In this document: positions 21,832-34,392 of the stretch, in pieces
How positions within the stretch are numbered: the first letter of the stretch is position 1
How the letters are laid out: every line of letters starts with the position of its first letter
Source of the DNA: an uncultured Phycisphaerales bacterium
GTDB lineage: Bacteria > Planctomycetota > Phycisphaerae > Tepidisphaerales > Tepidisphaeraceae
Assembly (NCBI GenBank): GCA_963758525.1
Contig: CAVWVQ010000003.1
Span: 3,232,001 to 3,296,000, forward strand
Length of the DNA: 64,000 nt
Reading direction: 5' to 3'
Made by a program: the position numbers and the translations under genes
Notes under the pieces: model-generated
Told to the model about the DNA's origin: nothing
What the model saw: only the letters and a program-made list of their open reading frames with translations
Databases searched by the model: none

Positions 21832-21860
21832 CGGGCGCCTCGCCAAAAGAAGTCCCAACG

Positions 21861-22652
21861 ATGAATCAACAGATCGTCAATCCGGCGTTGGTTCGCGCGG
21901 CACGCTCGCGACTGCTGCGCATGCATTTCGAGTCGGGCGTTGGTCACATCGGCGGCAATCTTTCCGCGCTGGACATCCTGCTCTGTCTCTATCATGAGGT
22001 GATGACGCCCGCCGACAGCTTTGTCCTTTCCAAGGGACACGCGGCCGGGGCGCTCTACGTGGCGCTCTGGACGCTCGATCTGCTCAGCGACGAGGAACTC
22101 GGCAGTTTCCACAAGGACAACACGCGCCTCAGCGGCCATCCGCCTGCTGGAGCCATCCCGCAAATCGCGTTTGCAACCGGAAGTCTCGGACATGGCCTGG
22201 GACTTTCCAACGGCCTGGCATTGGCCAGCCAGCTCAAGGGAGAATCAGGCCACGTTTTTTGCCTGACGTCCGACGGCGAATGGAACGAAGGCTCCAGTTG
22301 GGAATCGCTCATCTTCGCTCAGCATCATCGCCTTGACCTGACGCTCATCGTCGATCTCAATGGCCTGCAAGGTTTTGGCTCCACTGCCGAAGTTGCCAAT
22401 CTCGACCCGCTCGCCGATAAGTTCCGGGCGTTCGGCTTGCCGACCGTGGAGGTGGACGGGCATGACATTTCCGCACTGCGGAACGTTCTCAAGCCGGCCG
22501 CAGTCAGCAACGGCCCACGCGCGGTGGTCGCCCGCACCCGCAAGGGATCGGGGGTCTCCTTCATGGAAAACAAAATGGAATGGCATTATCTCCCGCTCTC
22601 GTCCGAGCAATATGCGGCGGCTCTCACCGAGCTCGAAGCAGGCGGGCGCTGA
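21861..22652 (+). CDS. Second split transketolase, N-terminal subunit
   Basis: GHIGGNLS, LSKGH, LSGHP, TGSLGHG, SDGEWNEGSSWE, KGSGVSFME..WHY. Confidence 0.92.
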   Translation: MNQQIVNPALVRAARSRLLRMHFESGVGHIGGNLSALDILLCLYHEVMTPADSFVLSKGHAAGALYVALWTLDLLSDEELGSFHKDNTRLSGHPPAGAIPQIAFATGSLGHGLGLSNGLALASQLKGESGHVFCLTSDGEWNEGSSWESLIFAQHHRLDLTLIVDLNGLQGFGSTAEVANLDPLADKFRAFGLPTVEVDGHDISALRNVLKPAAVSNGPRAVVARTRKGSGVSFMENKMEWHYLPLSSEQYAAALTELEAGGR

Positions 22653-22655
22653 TCG

Positions 22656-23570
22656 ATGCGCGATGTCTTCTGCCAGGCTCTCGTCCGCGCCGCCTCCCGC
22701 GAGGATTTTGTTTTTCTCACCGGCGACCTCGGATACGCCGCGCTCGAGCCGCTCCGCGATGCTTTGGGAAAGCGATTCATCAATGCCGGGGTTGCCGAGC
22801 AGAACATGATCTCGCTCGCGGCCGGCCTGGCCCGCAAGGGATTGCGGCCCTGGTGCTACAGCATCGCGCCTTTCATTTACGCCCGTCCGTTCGAGCAGAT
22901 TCGCAATGACTTATGCATCCACAATCTCCCCGTCGTGCTCGTCGGCAACGGCGGGGGTTACGGCTATGGCGTGATGGGCGCCACGCACCACGCCATCGAG
23001 GATTACGGGGCGCTGCTCACGCTCACCAACATGCGCTGCTTCGTCCCAGCGTTCGACGGTGATGTCGCGGCCATGATCGACCAGTTGATGGTCAGCCCGA
23101 CGCCGGCTTACTTTCGCCTTGGCCGTTCCGAACTGCCGAAGGGCACAACCGAGCCAAGGTACGTCAACTGGCGAAGACTCTGCAGCGGCGGGGGAGCCAC
23201 GTTGGTTGCGATCGGCCCACTCGTCGGAGGCATTCTCGGCGCCGCACAAAAGATGGACGAAGCGTCGCGACCCTGCGTCTGGGTGGTGGGAGAGCTGCCA
23301 CTGATCGACGTTCCCGCGGAATTCAAAGCTGACGTGAGCCGATCGCAACGGCTCATCGTGATCGAGGAACACGTCGCCCAAGGAAGCGTCGGCCAGATGC
23401 TGGCGCATCGCCTGCTGCTCGACGGCGCCGTGCCGCGCTGGTTTGCACATCGCACCGCACGCGCCTATCCGTCGGGCCGCTACGGGTCGCAATCCTTCCA
23501 CCGCAAAGAGTCCGGGATCGATGTGGCATCCGTGCTCGAATTGCTTCGATCGGGGGCGGCCAATGTCTGA
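22656..23570 (+). CDS. Second split transketolase, C-terminal subunit
   Basis: TGDLG, NAGVAEQNM, EQIRND, GATHHAIED, PAYFRLG, IEEH. Confidence 0.92.
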   Translation: MRDVFCQALVRAASREDFVFLTGDLGYAALEPLRDALGKRFINAGVAEQNMISLAAGLARKGLRPWCYSIAPFIYARPFEQIRNDLCIHNLPVVLVGNGGGYGYGVMGATHHAIEDYGALLTLTNMRCFVPAFDGDVAAMIDQLMVSPTPAYFRLGRSELPKGTTEPRYVNWRRLCSGGGATLVAIGPLVGGILGAAQKMDEASRPCVWVVGELPLIDVPAEFKADVSRSQRLIVIEEHVAQGSVGQMLAHRLLLDGAVPRWFAHRTARAYPSGRYGSQSFHRKESGIDVASVLELLRSGAANV

Positions 23571-25553
23571 AACGCCGAGCGTCGCGCGAATGGATCTTGC
23601 CGCCAAGATCCGCAAACTTCCCGGCCCCATCCTGGTGCTGGGCGGCAGCGGATTCATCGGAGCCAACCTCCTGCGCACGATGCTCAATGTCCGATCCGAT
23701 GCCGTCGGCACGACGACGCGCATGCCCGCTTGGCGCTTGGAGGGACTCCCCGAGCGCAGCGTGCGTGTTGTCGATCTGCTCGTCGATTCCAATCTCGAGT
23801 CGCTCCTGGACGACGTTCGCCCGCGCATCATTCTGGATTGCGTTGCCTACGGGGCGTACTCCTTCGAAACCGACACCGGATTGATCTATCAGACCAATTT
23901 CAACTTCGTTTCGCGGCTCCTTGAACGCCTCGCGGGTCGCAATGTCTCGTGTTACATCCATGCCGGCAGTTCGTCTGAATACGGGGACAATGCGTCAGCT
24001 CCGAAGGAGTCCGATCCGACTGCGCCCAACAGCGAATACGCCGTCTCCAAAGTCGCCGCGGCCAACCTGCTCTATTTTTGGGGAAAGCGGAAGAAATTCC
24101 CCTGCTGCAACCTGCGCCTCTATTCCGCATACGGCCCGCTGGAAGACTCCTCCCGGCTCATCCCGACGCTGATCAAGAACGGCTTGGATGCGAAATATCC
24201 GCCTTTCGTATCCCCGCATATCTCGCGCGACTTTGTCTATGTGGACGACGTGACCGAAGCGTTCGTCGACGCCGCGATGAATCTTGTCGAGGAGGACTAC
24301 GGCGAATCGTTCAACATCGGCTCGGGAACGCGCACCACCATCGGGCAGGTCGCGAACCTCGCGCAGACTCTCTTTTCGATCGCGAAAGCGCCATCGTTCA
24401 CCATGCCCGACCGGCGGTGGGACGTTGCCGAGTGGTATGCCGATCCGCACAAGGCGAAGCATCGGCTCGGGTGGGAGCCGCGAACCGATTTTCTCGAAGG
24501 CCTCGGCAAAACCATCGAATGGTTCCGTCAGCTTCCCAATAAAGAGGCCTACGAGCGATCGTCAAAGCGTTTCGCGCTGGACACGAAGCACAGCGTGAGC
24601 GCCGTGATCGCCTGTTACCGGGACAACCTGGCGATTCCGATCATGTACGCTGAGCTGAAGCAGGTTTTTGCAAAACTGAACGTCGATTACGAAATCATCT
24701 TCGTGAACGATTGCAGCCCCGACGACAGCGAAGAGGTGATCCGCAAAATCACCCGCGACGATCGGCGGGTGATCGGCATTTCGCACTCGCGCAATTTCGG
24801 ATCGCAGGCCGCGTTTCGCAGCGGAATGGAGGTCGCCTCGAAGAATTCAGTGGTTTTGCTGGACGGCGATCTGCAGGACCCGCCGCACCTGATCGAGCAG
24901 TTTGTCGCCAAGTGGCGCGAAGGATACGACGTCGTGTATGGCCGGCGCGTGCAGCGCGAGGCGACGCTGTTCATGCAGTTCGCCTACAAGGCGTTTTATC
25001 GCATCTTCGACTACTTCTCCTACGTGCGCATCCCGCACGACGCCGGCGATTTCTCCCTTCTCGACAAGCGCGTCGTCGCGGCGCTTTCGCGCTTCCCCGA
25101 GCGCGACCTGTTCCTTCGCGGTACCCGCGCCTTTGCCGGGTTCAAGCAGACTGGCGTTGACTACAGGCGCCCGAACGCCGCTTCGGCAAGACCACCAACA
25201 GCCTGCGAAAAAACTTCGCGTGGGCAAAGAAGGGAATTTTTTCGTTCAGCAACGTCCCGCTGAACCTGCTGAGTTTTGCCGGCAGCGCCATGTTCGTCTT
25301 CACGCTGCTGCTGATGCTCGCCCAGATCGTTCTGCGGCTGCTGTTCCCGCACCTCGTCCCGCGCAGCATCACCACCGTCCTGATCGCCATTCTCTTCTTC
25401 GGCGCGATCAACCTCTTCGCCATCGGCATTCTCGGCGAATACGTCGGCCGGATTTTCGAGGAAGTAAAACGACGCCCACTCTTTATTCGCCGAAGCATCA
25501 TCCGCGATGGTGACATTCGCGCCGCCACCGCGCCGGAGCGATCGGAAGAGTAG
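23563..25553 (+). CDS. NAD-dependent epimerase/dehydratase fused to a GtrB/ArnC-like GT2 (frameshift near 25165)
   Basis: GGSGFIG, GSSSEYG, YAVSK, RDFVYVDD; then VNDCSPDDS, SRNFG, DGDLQDPP, GDFSLLD, two C-terminal TM helices and GEYVGRIF..KRRP. Confidence 0.85.
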
Positions 25554-25564
25554 GGCTTGCGCGG

Positions 25565-26497
25565 TTACGACCCGCCAGACGAAAGCAGCCTTTCGATTTC
25601 CCTTCGTTTCGGGGCTGACACCGATGTCCCCAGTCTCGTCACGGAAATCGCTGCCGCCGCGTTGGCGAACCGAACGGCGGCGGGGAGAGCCTTCCCTTCC
25701 GCCAGCGCGACAGCCAAAGCGCCATTGAAAATATCGCCGGCCCCGGTCGTATCCACTGCCTTGACCTTGAACCCAGGCACCAGCTTCTTCCCGCTCTCGT
25801 CGGCAACGAACGCCCCGCGCGATCCGAGGGTGATCACGACCGTTTTCACGCCTCGTGCTCTGAGAAGGTCGGCCGCCCTGCCCGCCGCCGCTTCGTTGGA
25901 AACTTTGACGCCGGTGAGCAGCTCCGCTTCGTGTTCGTTGGGAGTAAGAATCGTGAGATCCTTCAGCAGCGCATCAGGCAGTTCCCGCGCCGGAGCCGGG
26001 TTGAGAATCACGCAAACGCCCGCATCTGCCCCGGTCCGCGCCGCCAGTTGCACGGTTTCCAACGGAACCTCCAACTGCATCATCAGGATGGAAGCGGAAC
26101 GGATGAGCTTCGCGGCCTTCTTCACGTCGCCTGGCGTGAGCCTCGAATTCGCCCCCGGCGCCACGGCGATGCTGTTGGCGCCATCTCTTCCGACAAAGAT
26201 GAGCGCCACGCCGGTCGGCGCAGCCTTGTCGCGAATGACTCGCTCCGCATTGACTCCGTGACGCTTGAAGCTGGCAATGGCCTCCGTGCCAAATTCATCC
26301 ATTCCGACGCGCGCGACGAACAGAACTTTTCCGCCCGCCTGCGCTGCCGCCACCGCCTGATTGGCACCTTTGCCGCCGGGATTGGTCGAGAACTCTCCGC
26401 CAAGAACGGTTTCGCCGGGGTTAGGGATGCGGTCGACCTGGATGACCATGTCGACAACCGAGCTGCCGACAACGACGATCGGATGGGTGTTGTTCAT
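25565..26497 (-). CDS. rbsK: Ribokinase
   Basis: PGGKGANQAVAA, NPAPA, TPNEHE, DTTGAGDIFNG. Confidence 0.93.
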   Translation of the reverse strand: MNNTHPIVVVGSSVVDMVIQVDRIPNPGETVLGGEFSTNPGGKGANQAVAAAQAGGKVLFVARVGMDEFGTEAIASFKRHGVNAERVIRDKAAPTGVALIFVGRDGANSIAVAPGANSRLTPGDVKKAAKLIRSASILMMQLEVPLETVQLAARTGADAGVCVILNPAPARELPDALLKDLTILTPNEHEAELLTGVKVSNEAAAGRAADLLRARGVKTVVITLGSRGAFVADESGKKLVPGFKVKAVDTTGAGDIFNGALAVALAEGKALPAAVRFANAAAAISVTRLGTSVSAPKRREIERLLSSGGS

Positions 26498-26609
26498 GCG
26501 AGAAGTGATTATCTGATTCCGAACAAAAGATAAAATAAATGACGTTGCGCGAACCGCCCGCTGTCACTATCCAAGGCCCCGCATAAATCCGTAAAGAGTG
26601 GAATCGCGT

Positions 26610-29532
26610 TTACACCAAACCCCCGGCCTTCCGCAGTATCCATTCTGTCGTAATCAAACTGACAAACGCGGCCAGAAACGCCCAGTGCGCCTTGCGCGTC
26701 CACGGGTCTTTGGGATCTGCAAACATGCCGATCTGCTCGATAGTTGTTTCATTGTGACGAAGGTCAGGCAGATGTTCCGCCAGGACGTCGGCGTACGCCG
26801 CGTCCAGCGCAATGCCGCCGCCGGCTTGGGCGATTTGCTCCATCGCCTCGTGGTCGGCATTGATGTTCTGCATTTCCAGGTTTGAATCGGCAAGCACCTG
26901 AATGCCGAGCTTCCGTGCGGCGTCGGTTGTATCCGAAGCCATCAATTGTTCGATTTCCGGACCGGCCAGCGCAAGCTCGATCTGCCCCGGCGGAAGCGTC
27001 GGCAGCGTTGCGTGATAGAAGCCGGGAGTCTGCGGCGAGTCTTCCATCTCGGCGTCGTGAACGATCTTGTCATCTCCCGCGATCCGCGCAACCACTTTGA
27101 AATGCTGCCCCGTCAACGGCGTGAGATCTTCCTTCAGCACCCGCGCGGTCACGTGAATCGGTTCCCCGTCCGCGTATCTGGGTTTGTTGGTGCCAAAGCG
27201 CACGAACGTGCCGCCGGCCGGCAAATCGCTGCCGACCACCCAACGGATGACCTGTCCCCAAAATCGTTCGTGAAGGTCCTGCCCGTTGACTTGCCGCAGT
27301 CGCCAGGTGGAGTCGCTCGCCAGATACATCACTCTTCCCAAGCCGACGGACATCGTGCAGAGCAGCGACCGCTGACGCGCGGCTTCGAGCGTGTTGACGC
27401 CGGCGGGGGGGCCAGGCACATGATCGGCATCAGCTTGCTTGTCGGCAATCGACCAGAGCACGTTGGCGGCGAGCTTCGCCTGTGTCTGCTCGCTGTGCCA
27501 GTACCACGGCGGGATGCCCGACCAGAGCTCGGCATTGCTCGTGTCATCCAGGCCGAGTTGGCTCAAGATCGACTTGGCTCCCTCGGGCGCGATCGTCGGG
27601 CGAAAGCCGTTATGAAGCTGATCGCTCAACGACGTTGCCGTCCAATTCGCGTTCAGATAAACCGGAAGAAGATCCGCCAGCGGCGTGCCAGCATAGCGGC
27701 CTGGCATGTTCTGCGCCGGCAATCACGATCAGTGTCGCGCCGCGGTCGCGAACGGCGGCGACAATGTTCTGCTGCATTTCCGCCGAGAGCGACTCGGCCG
27801 GCACGTCGCCCAGCACCAGCAGATCAAATCCGGACCATTCCTCTTTCGTCTGCGGCAGGATTTGAGCCTCAACCGTTCCCGAATTGGTGGCCAGCGCCTT
27901 GACCGGCGCGGGAGGCTGCACTTCCGCGACGCTTGCCGGTTCCAGCAGCACCGTCTGAAGCTGCACGCGGTTGTCGCGCCCAAGATAATTCGCCAGGTAG
28001 CGGAACTCCCACCGCGGCTGGTCATCGACGATCAGCACGTGCAGCTTGTCGTTCTTCACCGACACGCGAAAACTCTGCCGATTGTTCTCCTTCACCGCCT
28101 CGTCGGGCAGCTCTCGAACGTGAATCTCATAATCGTAAATCCGCGCCTCGGGCGGCTTGTCGCGGAACGCGACCACCTGCGTGACCCGGTTCGACTTTGG
28201 CGTGATGGTCTTGGTATCGATCGTTTGCGAGCCGCGCAGCAGATCGACCGTCACCGGCTTTCCTTCCAGCCCGTCGAGACGCAACAGCGCCGAGGCGCGA
28301 AGCGTGTCGTCCTTGTAAATCCAGTCTGGCGCGTCGATCGAGTCGACAGCCGCGTCGCGCACGCGTTCGCGGGAGCCGACGGCCAGCGTGAAGACGCGCG
28401 CGCCGTGCGCCGCCAGCTTTCGCGCGGGCTCGATCAAGTCTCCTCCATCATTGGCCCGGCCATCGGAAACGAGCAGCACATTCGCCTGGTCGGAATTGGA
28501 GATTTGATCTCCCACGAATTTGAGTGCGTCGGCGATGTTCGTCGCTCCGCCCACGGGTTCAACGGCATTTTTCAGCAACGCGGCGAGATTGGACTTGTCG
28601 GAAGCATCAATTTCGCGCGACGTGCCGGCAAACGTGACGACCCGCGTATCCTGGTCGGCGAGCACTTGTGCGAGCGATCGCGGCGCTTGCGACAAGTCGG
28701 CCGTCAGCGCCGCGCCAGCGAGGTCGGCGCGGCGCATCGCGGTGACCTTGGCCAGCGCTGGCTGCAAGGATGGATTGGACGCGACCCCAGCGAGCAACTC
28801 GTTGTCGGTCCGGTCGGCAGCGGACCGCAGCTTTGTAATGTCGGTCGCAAGCGAGCTGAGAGTTGCGTGCCACGGCGCAGCGGCTCGGGACGCGAGCGCT
28901 TCGGAAAATCCATCGGAAATGCGCCGCAGGTCGTCAATCGACTTCCCGGCGTCGCCGCTGTGTCCCCGCGGGTCTTTATCGAGTTCTGATGTCAGATCGT
29001 TGAGATGATCGATCCACTTCCTGACTGTCGCGGCACTCGCGCTGTCAGCGAGTGTCTCATCGGCGGCCTGCAGATGTTCCAGCTCTGATCGAAGCGCCGA
29101 GAGCTTCGCCGCCAGGCGATCGAGCCGGCTGGTGCGCGTGCCGGCAGGAAGATAACCCAGCGCGTCCGCCCAGCGCAATTGCTCGATTTGCGATGATTGC
29201 CGATCGGTCTGCTTCATCGACAGGCTCTGATCGAGTACGAGCCAGAGCGATCCGCCGGTATTGTGCGTACTGGCCCATTGCCGGACAGGGCGGAGGAGCA
29301 GCAGCATCATCAGAATGACCAGCAAAATGCGGATGGCTGTCAGCCAGTGGACGATTCGCCGCGGGGCTATCTTTTGTTGTTCGCGGTAGAGATAGAAGAC
29401 CATCGTGCCAACCGCGGTTCCGAGCAAGAGCAGCAGAAACCAGTTGAACGCCGGGTCAAAGCTCAGCGCGCAGAGCGCAGGGGTTGCCATCGAGTCAGCG
29501 AGATCGAACGTGAGCTCCGACATCATCTTCAT
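26610..29532 (-). CDS. Large membrane-anchored vWA-domain protein (frameshift near 27715)
   Basis: N-terminal TMs, DQSLSM MIDAS, LVSDG, PRWEFRYL, STWRLR..RFWGQ, C-terminal EWILRK..GL. Confidence 0.8.
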
Positions 29533-29535
29533 TCG

Positions 29536-31767
29536 TTACACATTCGGTCCCATCGCCTCCGCGACGTTCACGCCCTTCCTCGCCTTGATCAGGCGGTGCG
29601 TGACGTAGGTCTCCGCGAGAAGATTCAGCAGGACAAACATCGCCAGCCATCTCCACAGATCAGCCCCGCGATTTTCCTTGCGGATGATTCCTGCCAGGTC
29701 GTCCGTCGCGATCGGGTGGTCTTCATCAAAGTATCCGGCGTCGGCCAGGCGTTTGCGGTCCTGCGCGCCAAGCGAGTGATCGTCCAACTCGTGCGGATCG
29801 ATGCCGACGCCGTAGTAAATCGGCTGAGGTTTAATTTCAGTCGGCGTGAAATGCAGCGCGTACAGTCCGGGCGAAAATGCGTCGTTGTAGCGAAACTCGT
29901 ATCGGCCGTTGGCGAGCGTCGGGCTCTTGTTACCGTCGATGGTGCCATCGGGAAGCGTCACGTCAATCGCCCGCACCGGAGGCTTCATCGAGCCGGTCCA
30001 CACCAGCGGCTCGCCCGAGTGGAGCGCGCGATTGTCCAGGCCGCGCGTCTGCCCGCCGGAGAGATGATAAATCGTTTCGTTGACCAGCGGCACGAAGTTA
30101 GCCATCAGCGGCCAGTTGTTCCACTCACCGTCGACCGAGGTACACCAGACGGCGACGCGTCCGCCGTTGCGACCCATCGGCCGCTCGAGCACAAGCGGAT
30201 CGCCGCTGGTTGACGCGAGAATCACTTCCGTGTCGGCGTCGCCCGGCTGCAGCGCCCACCATTTCTGCGTCAGCGCCCCCGAAAACGCATCGCGCTCGGC
30301 AGATGCCACAAGCGACACCATCGGGTTGCGCGGATCTTTCAGCTCCGTCGATTGCGGCGTCGCGTCGCCGCGCGGCTTGGGTTCCTTCAGGGTCGCGGCG
30401 AAGATCCCCGCGCGGCCCAATTGATCGCCAATAAACGAAGGATCGGTGCGCTGCCCCAGAATGATCCAGACGCCATGGCCCGCGCGGGCGTAATCAACCA
30501 GCTTGTCCTGCACCGCCGATGGCAGCTCCGGGCAGTCGTTCACGACGACGACGAAATAATCGTCCAGCGGCACGTTCGCGCTCTGTGCCACGCTGACCAG
30601 CCGCGGTTGCACCAGCGTCGAGGATTCCTGCAACCGATCGACCGGCTGCATCGCCGACTGCAAAAACTGGCTCGATCGGAATCCGCCGGCGGAAGTCAGT
30701 TGGCCGTCGATGATGAGAATCGGAATCTTCTGCCATACACGAATTGCCGCGACCGCCTGATTGTCCGCCGCGAGGGCGTCAACAGTGTCGCACGACACGC
30801 TGATCCAGTTTGAGCCGGCCGATTCGAAAGTGTGATCGAATCGGATGGTGGTCGACTGTCCCGCCGCCAGGCTCGCGAGCTGCGCAGGCGGATCGATCGG
30901 CTGTCCATTGACGATCAATCTGACGCTGACCGCGTCGATCTCCCTGGGGCCGCTGTTGGAGACCGTCGCCGTGATCTGGGCCGGGTGACCGACGCCGATC
31001 AAGCTCGGCTGCACAGCGAGCTGGCCCACGGAGATGTCTGATGCGGCGTTGTCCGGCGTGAGCAACAGCTCGTGCATTCCCAAATCGTGATCCCCGCCGC
31101 CGCCGGTCGCTCCAACGGCCAGCCGCCATGCGGCATCGTCGTCGGCGTGCCAACTCGTCGTTTGCGCGTCCGATGCGACAATGATGATCTTCCGCACGTT
31201 GTGCCCGCGGCCGATCACTTCCCGCGCCGTTTGCACCGCCTCGGGGATCGAGCAATCCGACAGCCCCGGCGCAAGCTGATGCAACTGATCGTGCAGCTTC
31301 GGCAGTTCCCCCACGCCCACCGGCAGCGGCGTCAGCACGCGCGGATGATGCTCCGCAAGCACCACCGACAGCGAATCCGACGGCCGAAGAACACTTCCCA
31401 CCTGATCCGTCGCCGCGATGGCCTGATCAAAAAGCGACTGCTGCCCGGCATGGCGTCCCATCGACAGTGACCGATCGACAATGACCGCCACGTCCACCGG
31501 CAATCGACTCGCCAGCGGGTTGTACGCGCCATGAATCCACAGCGGCCGCGCCAGCAGAAACGCCAGCGCCGCCAATCCCGCGATGCGCAGCAGCATCAGC
31601 AGCCAGTGATCCACCCTCTTTCGCCGTTTCATCTGCAGCGGCGTCTCATGCAGAAACTGCATCGCCCCCCATTGCACCGGAATCGTCCGCTGCCGATGCA
31701 GCAGATGAATGATGACGGGGATTCCCGCCGCTACCAGGCCGACGAGTAGAGAGGACATCAGGAACAT
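29536..31767 (-). CDS. BatA-like N-terminal double-TM vWA-domain protein
   Basis: IPVIIHLLHR..WGAMQFL, LLMLLR..ARP, DRSLSM, C-terminal LWRWL..AET. Confidence 0.85.
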   Translation of the reverse strand: MFLMSSLLVGLVAAGIPVIIHLLHRQRTIPVQWGAMQFLHETPLQMKRRKRVDHWLLMLLRIAGLAALAFLLARPLWIHGAYNPLASRLPVDVAVIVDRSLSMGRHAGQQSLFDQAIAATDQVGSVLRPSDSLSVVLAEHHPRVLTPLPVGVGELPKLHDQLHQLAPGLSDCSIPEAVQTAREVIGRGHNVRKIIIVASDAQTTSWHADDDAAWRLAVGATGGGGDHDLGMHELLLTPDNAASDISVGQLAVQPSLIGVGHPAQITATVSNSGPREIDAVSVRLIVNGQPIDPPAQLASLAAGQSTTIRFDHTFESAGSNWISVSCDTVDALAADNQAVAAIRVWQKIPILIIDGQLTSAGGFRSSQFLQSAMQPVDRLQESSTLVQPRLVSVAQSANVPLDDYFVVVVNDCPELPSAVQDKLVDYARAGHGVWIILGQRTDPSFIGDQLGRAGIFAATLKEPKPRGDATPQSTELKDPRNPMVSLVASAERDAFSGALTQKWWALQPGDADTEVILASTSGDPLVLERPMGRNGGRVAVWCTSVDGEWNNWPLMANFVPLVNETIYHLSGGQTRGLDNRALHSGEPLVWTGSMKPPVRAIDVTLPDGTIDGNKSPTLANGRYEFRYNDAFSPGLYALHFTPTEIKPQPIYYGVGIDPHELDDHSLGAQDRKRLADAGYFDEDHPIATDDLAGIIRKENRGADLWRWLAMFVLLNLLAETYVTHRLIKARKGVNVAEAMGPNV

Positions 31768-31788
31768 GAGCTGGCCCGGTTATTGAGG

Positions 31789-31960
31789 GAAAGGCACGAA
31801 GGCACGCAGGCACGTAGGCACGAAGGGAAGGAAGCAGGATCTTTATGAATAGGATACGCTGAAAGAGGTTGGGGATACCGAGGGACGGGGGAACGGACAT
31901 CCGCACCTTCCCCCCATCCTCCCCTTCGTGCCTCCGTGCCTTCGTGCCTTCGTGCCTTTC
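31789..31960. repeat. Inverted pair of tandem 8-mer arrays (AGGCACGN)x4
   Basis: 31789-31827 matches the reverse complement of 31922-31960 at 37/39; shorter copies near 497-516 and 33191-33206. Confidence 0.85.
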
Positions 31961-32906
31961 TCATCGCTTTCCTCTCTGTGCCAGATACCGCAACAACGCA
32001 TCATCAAATGCCTGACTCGTGTTCAACAGCACGTGATTGATGTGCAGCTTGTTCACGGCGTCGTGAATCGCGCAGGTGCGCGGCGACGTTTTCGAGATAA
32101 CGCGTTCGCATGAGCGCGGGATCGAGCTTCATCCGGTCGTTTCCGCGCTCCAGATTCTCGAACTGTGTCCATTTGCGGAACGGAAACTCCAGCTCATCGT
32201 TGGCCATGATCTGCAGCAGCAGCACTTCGTGGCGTTTGTGTCGCAGATGATGAAACGCCTCGATGAGCGCGTCGGCTTTATCGAACAGATCGCTGATGAT
32301 CACGACCATCCCGCGCCTTGGGATGCGCTCGGCCACTTCGTGCAGCAGCGGGGCGATGCCGGATTCCCTCTCGGCCCGCGTCTCATCCAGCGTCCGCAAC
32401 ATGCGCATCAAATGGGACGGCGCGGATCGCGCGGGAATGAAATCGCGCACCTTGTTATCGAACGTGACCAGGCCGGCCGAGTCCTGCTGATGCAGCACCA
32501 GGTAACTCAGGCACGCCGCCACGAACTGGCCGTAGCGAAACTTGCTCATCGAATCGCCCGCGCCGCGATAGGCCATCGATCCGCTGGCATCCAGCACCAG
32601 ATGACACCGCAGGCTCGTCGAGACTTCATACTGCTTGATGTAATACCGTTCGCTTTTGGCGTACACCCGCCAGTCGATCCGTTTGACGTCGTCGCCGGCC
32701 ACGTATTGGCGATGCTGCGCGAAATCCAGCGCGAACCCAATATGCGGCGACCGATGCAGCCCCTGCACATACCCGTCCATCAACTGGCTCGCCACCAGTT
32801 CCATCTTGCTGATCTTCTGCAGAACCGCCGGTTCCAGCAGCGAGCCCGCCGACCGAGCGCTGGCGGCCGCGGGAGACATCGCCGAGGTGTTGGATGCGGT
32901 AACCAT
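31961..32906 (-). CDS. DUF58 (MoxR-associated vWA-like) protein (frameshift near 32065)
   Basis: GLHRSP, HRQY..GDD.KRIDW, LDASGSM, ISDL; shifted frame ends LRYLAQRGKR-TGA at 31961. Confidence 0.88.
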
Positions 32907-32959
32907 TGCCGTCGCTACGCTCCGAAACCCTTGTCAAAATGACGAAACCGATGCCAAAC

Positions 32960-33172
32960 CCGAATGACGAAACCAGAAACCGGAATCAAGCCCGAAATCC
33001 GAATGACGAATGACGCGGGGACCCACATGTCGAGCAACTGGGTCGATGGACGCGAACCACATGTCGCGCAAGTTTGCGTTCGAACCGGAACGGCAACATT
33101 CGCGGTTCCACATTCGGACATTCGTCATTCGGATTTGATTATTTGATTCTGGTTTCTGGTTTCGTCATTCGG
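32960..33172. repeat. Inverted repeat built from CGAATGACGAA/AAACCAGA units
   Basis: CCGAATGACGAAACCAGAAACCGGAATCAA..AAATCCGAATGACGAATG is inverted ~100 bp downstream; partial copies near 36803-36837, 41018-41049 and 41161-41182. Confidence 0.82.
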
Positions 33173-33210
33173 ACTTCTGCCTCTTCTCAACGTGCCTTCG
33201 TGCCTTCCCG

Positions 33211-34245
<1,035 letters not shown>

Positions 34246-34392
34246 GGATCTTCCTCTCGAAGTAGAGCCGCGTTTTCCCGTTGTGGGAAACGCCATGTGC
34301 CGTTGTTTGATACAGGTTGTATCACCCCACGTTGCCGGCGGAACATCGGGGATGAAAACGCGCGGGCCTCGACTTGCGGCTTGCAGCCGCAG

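Noticed and set aside
31789..33206. Possible CRISPR array
   Set aside because: Repeats are inverted and microsatellite-like, with no regular repeat-spacer period and no cas genes.
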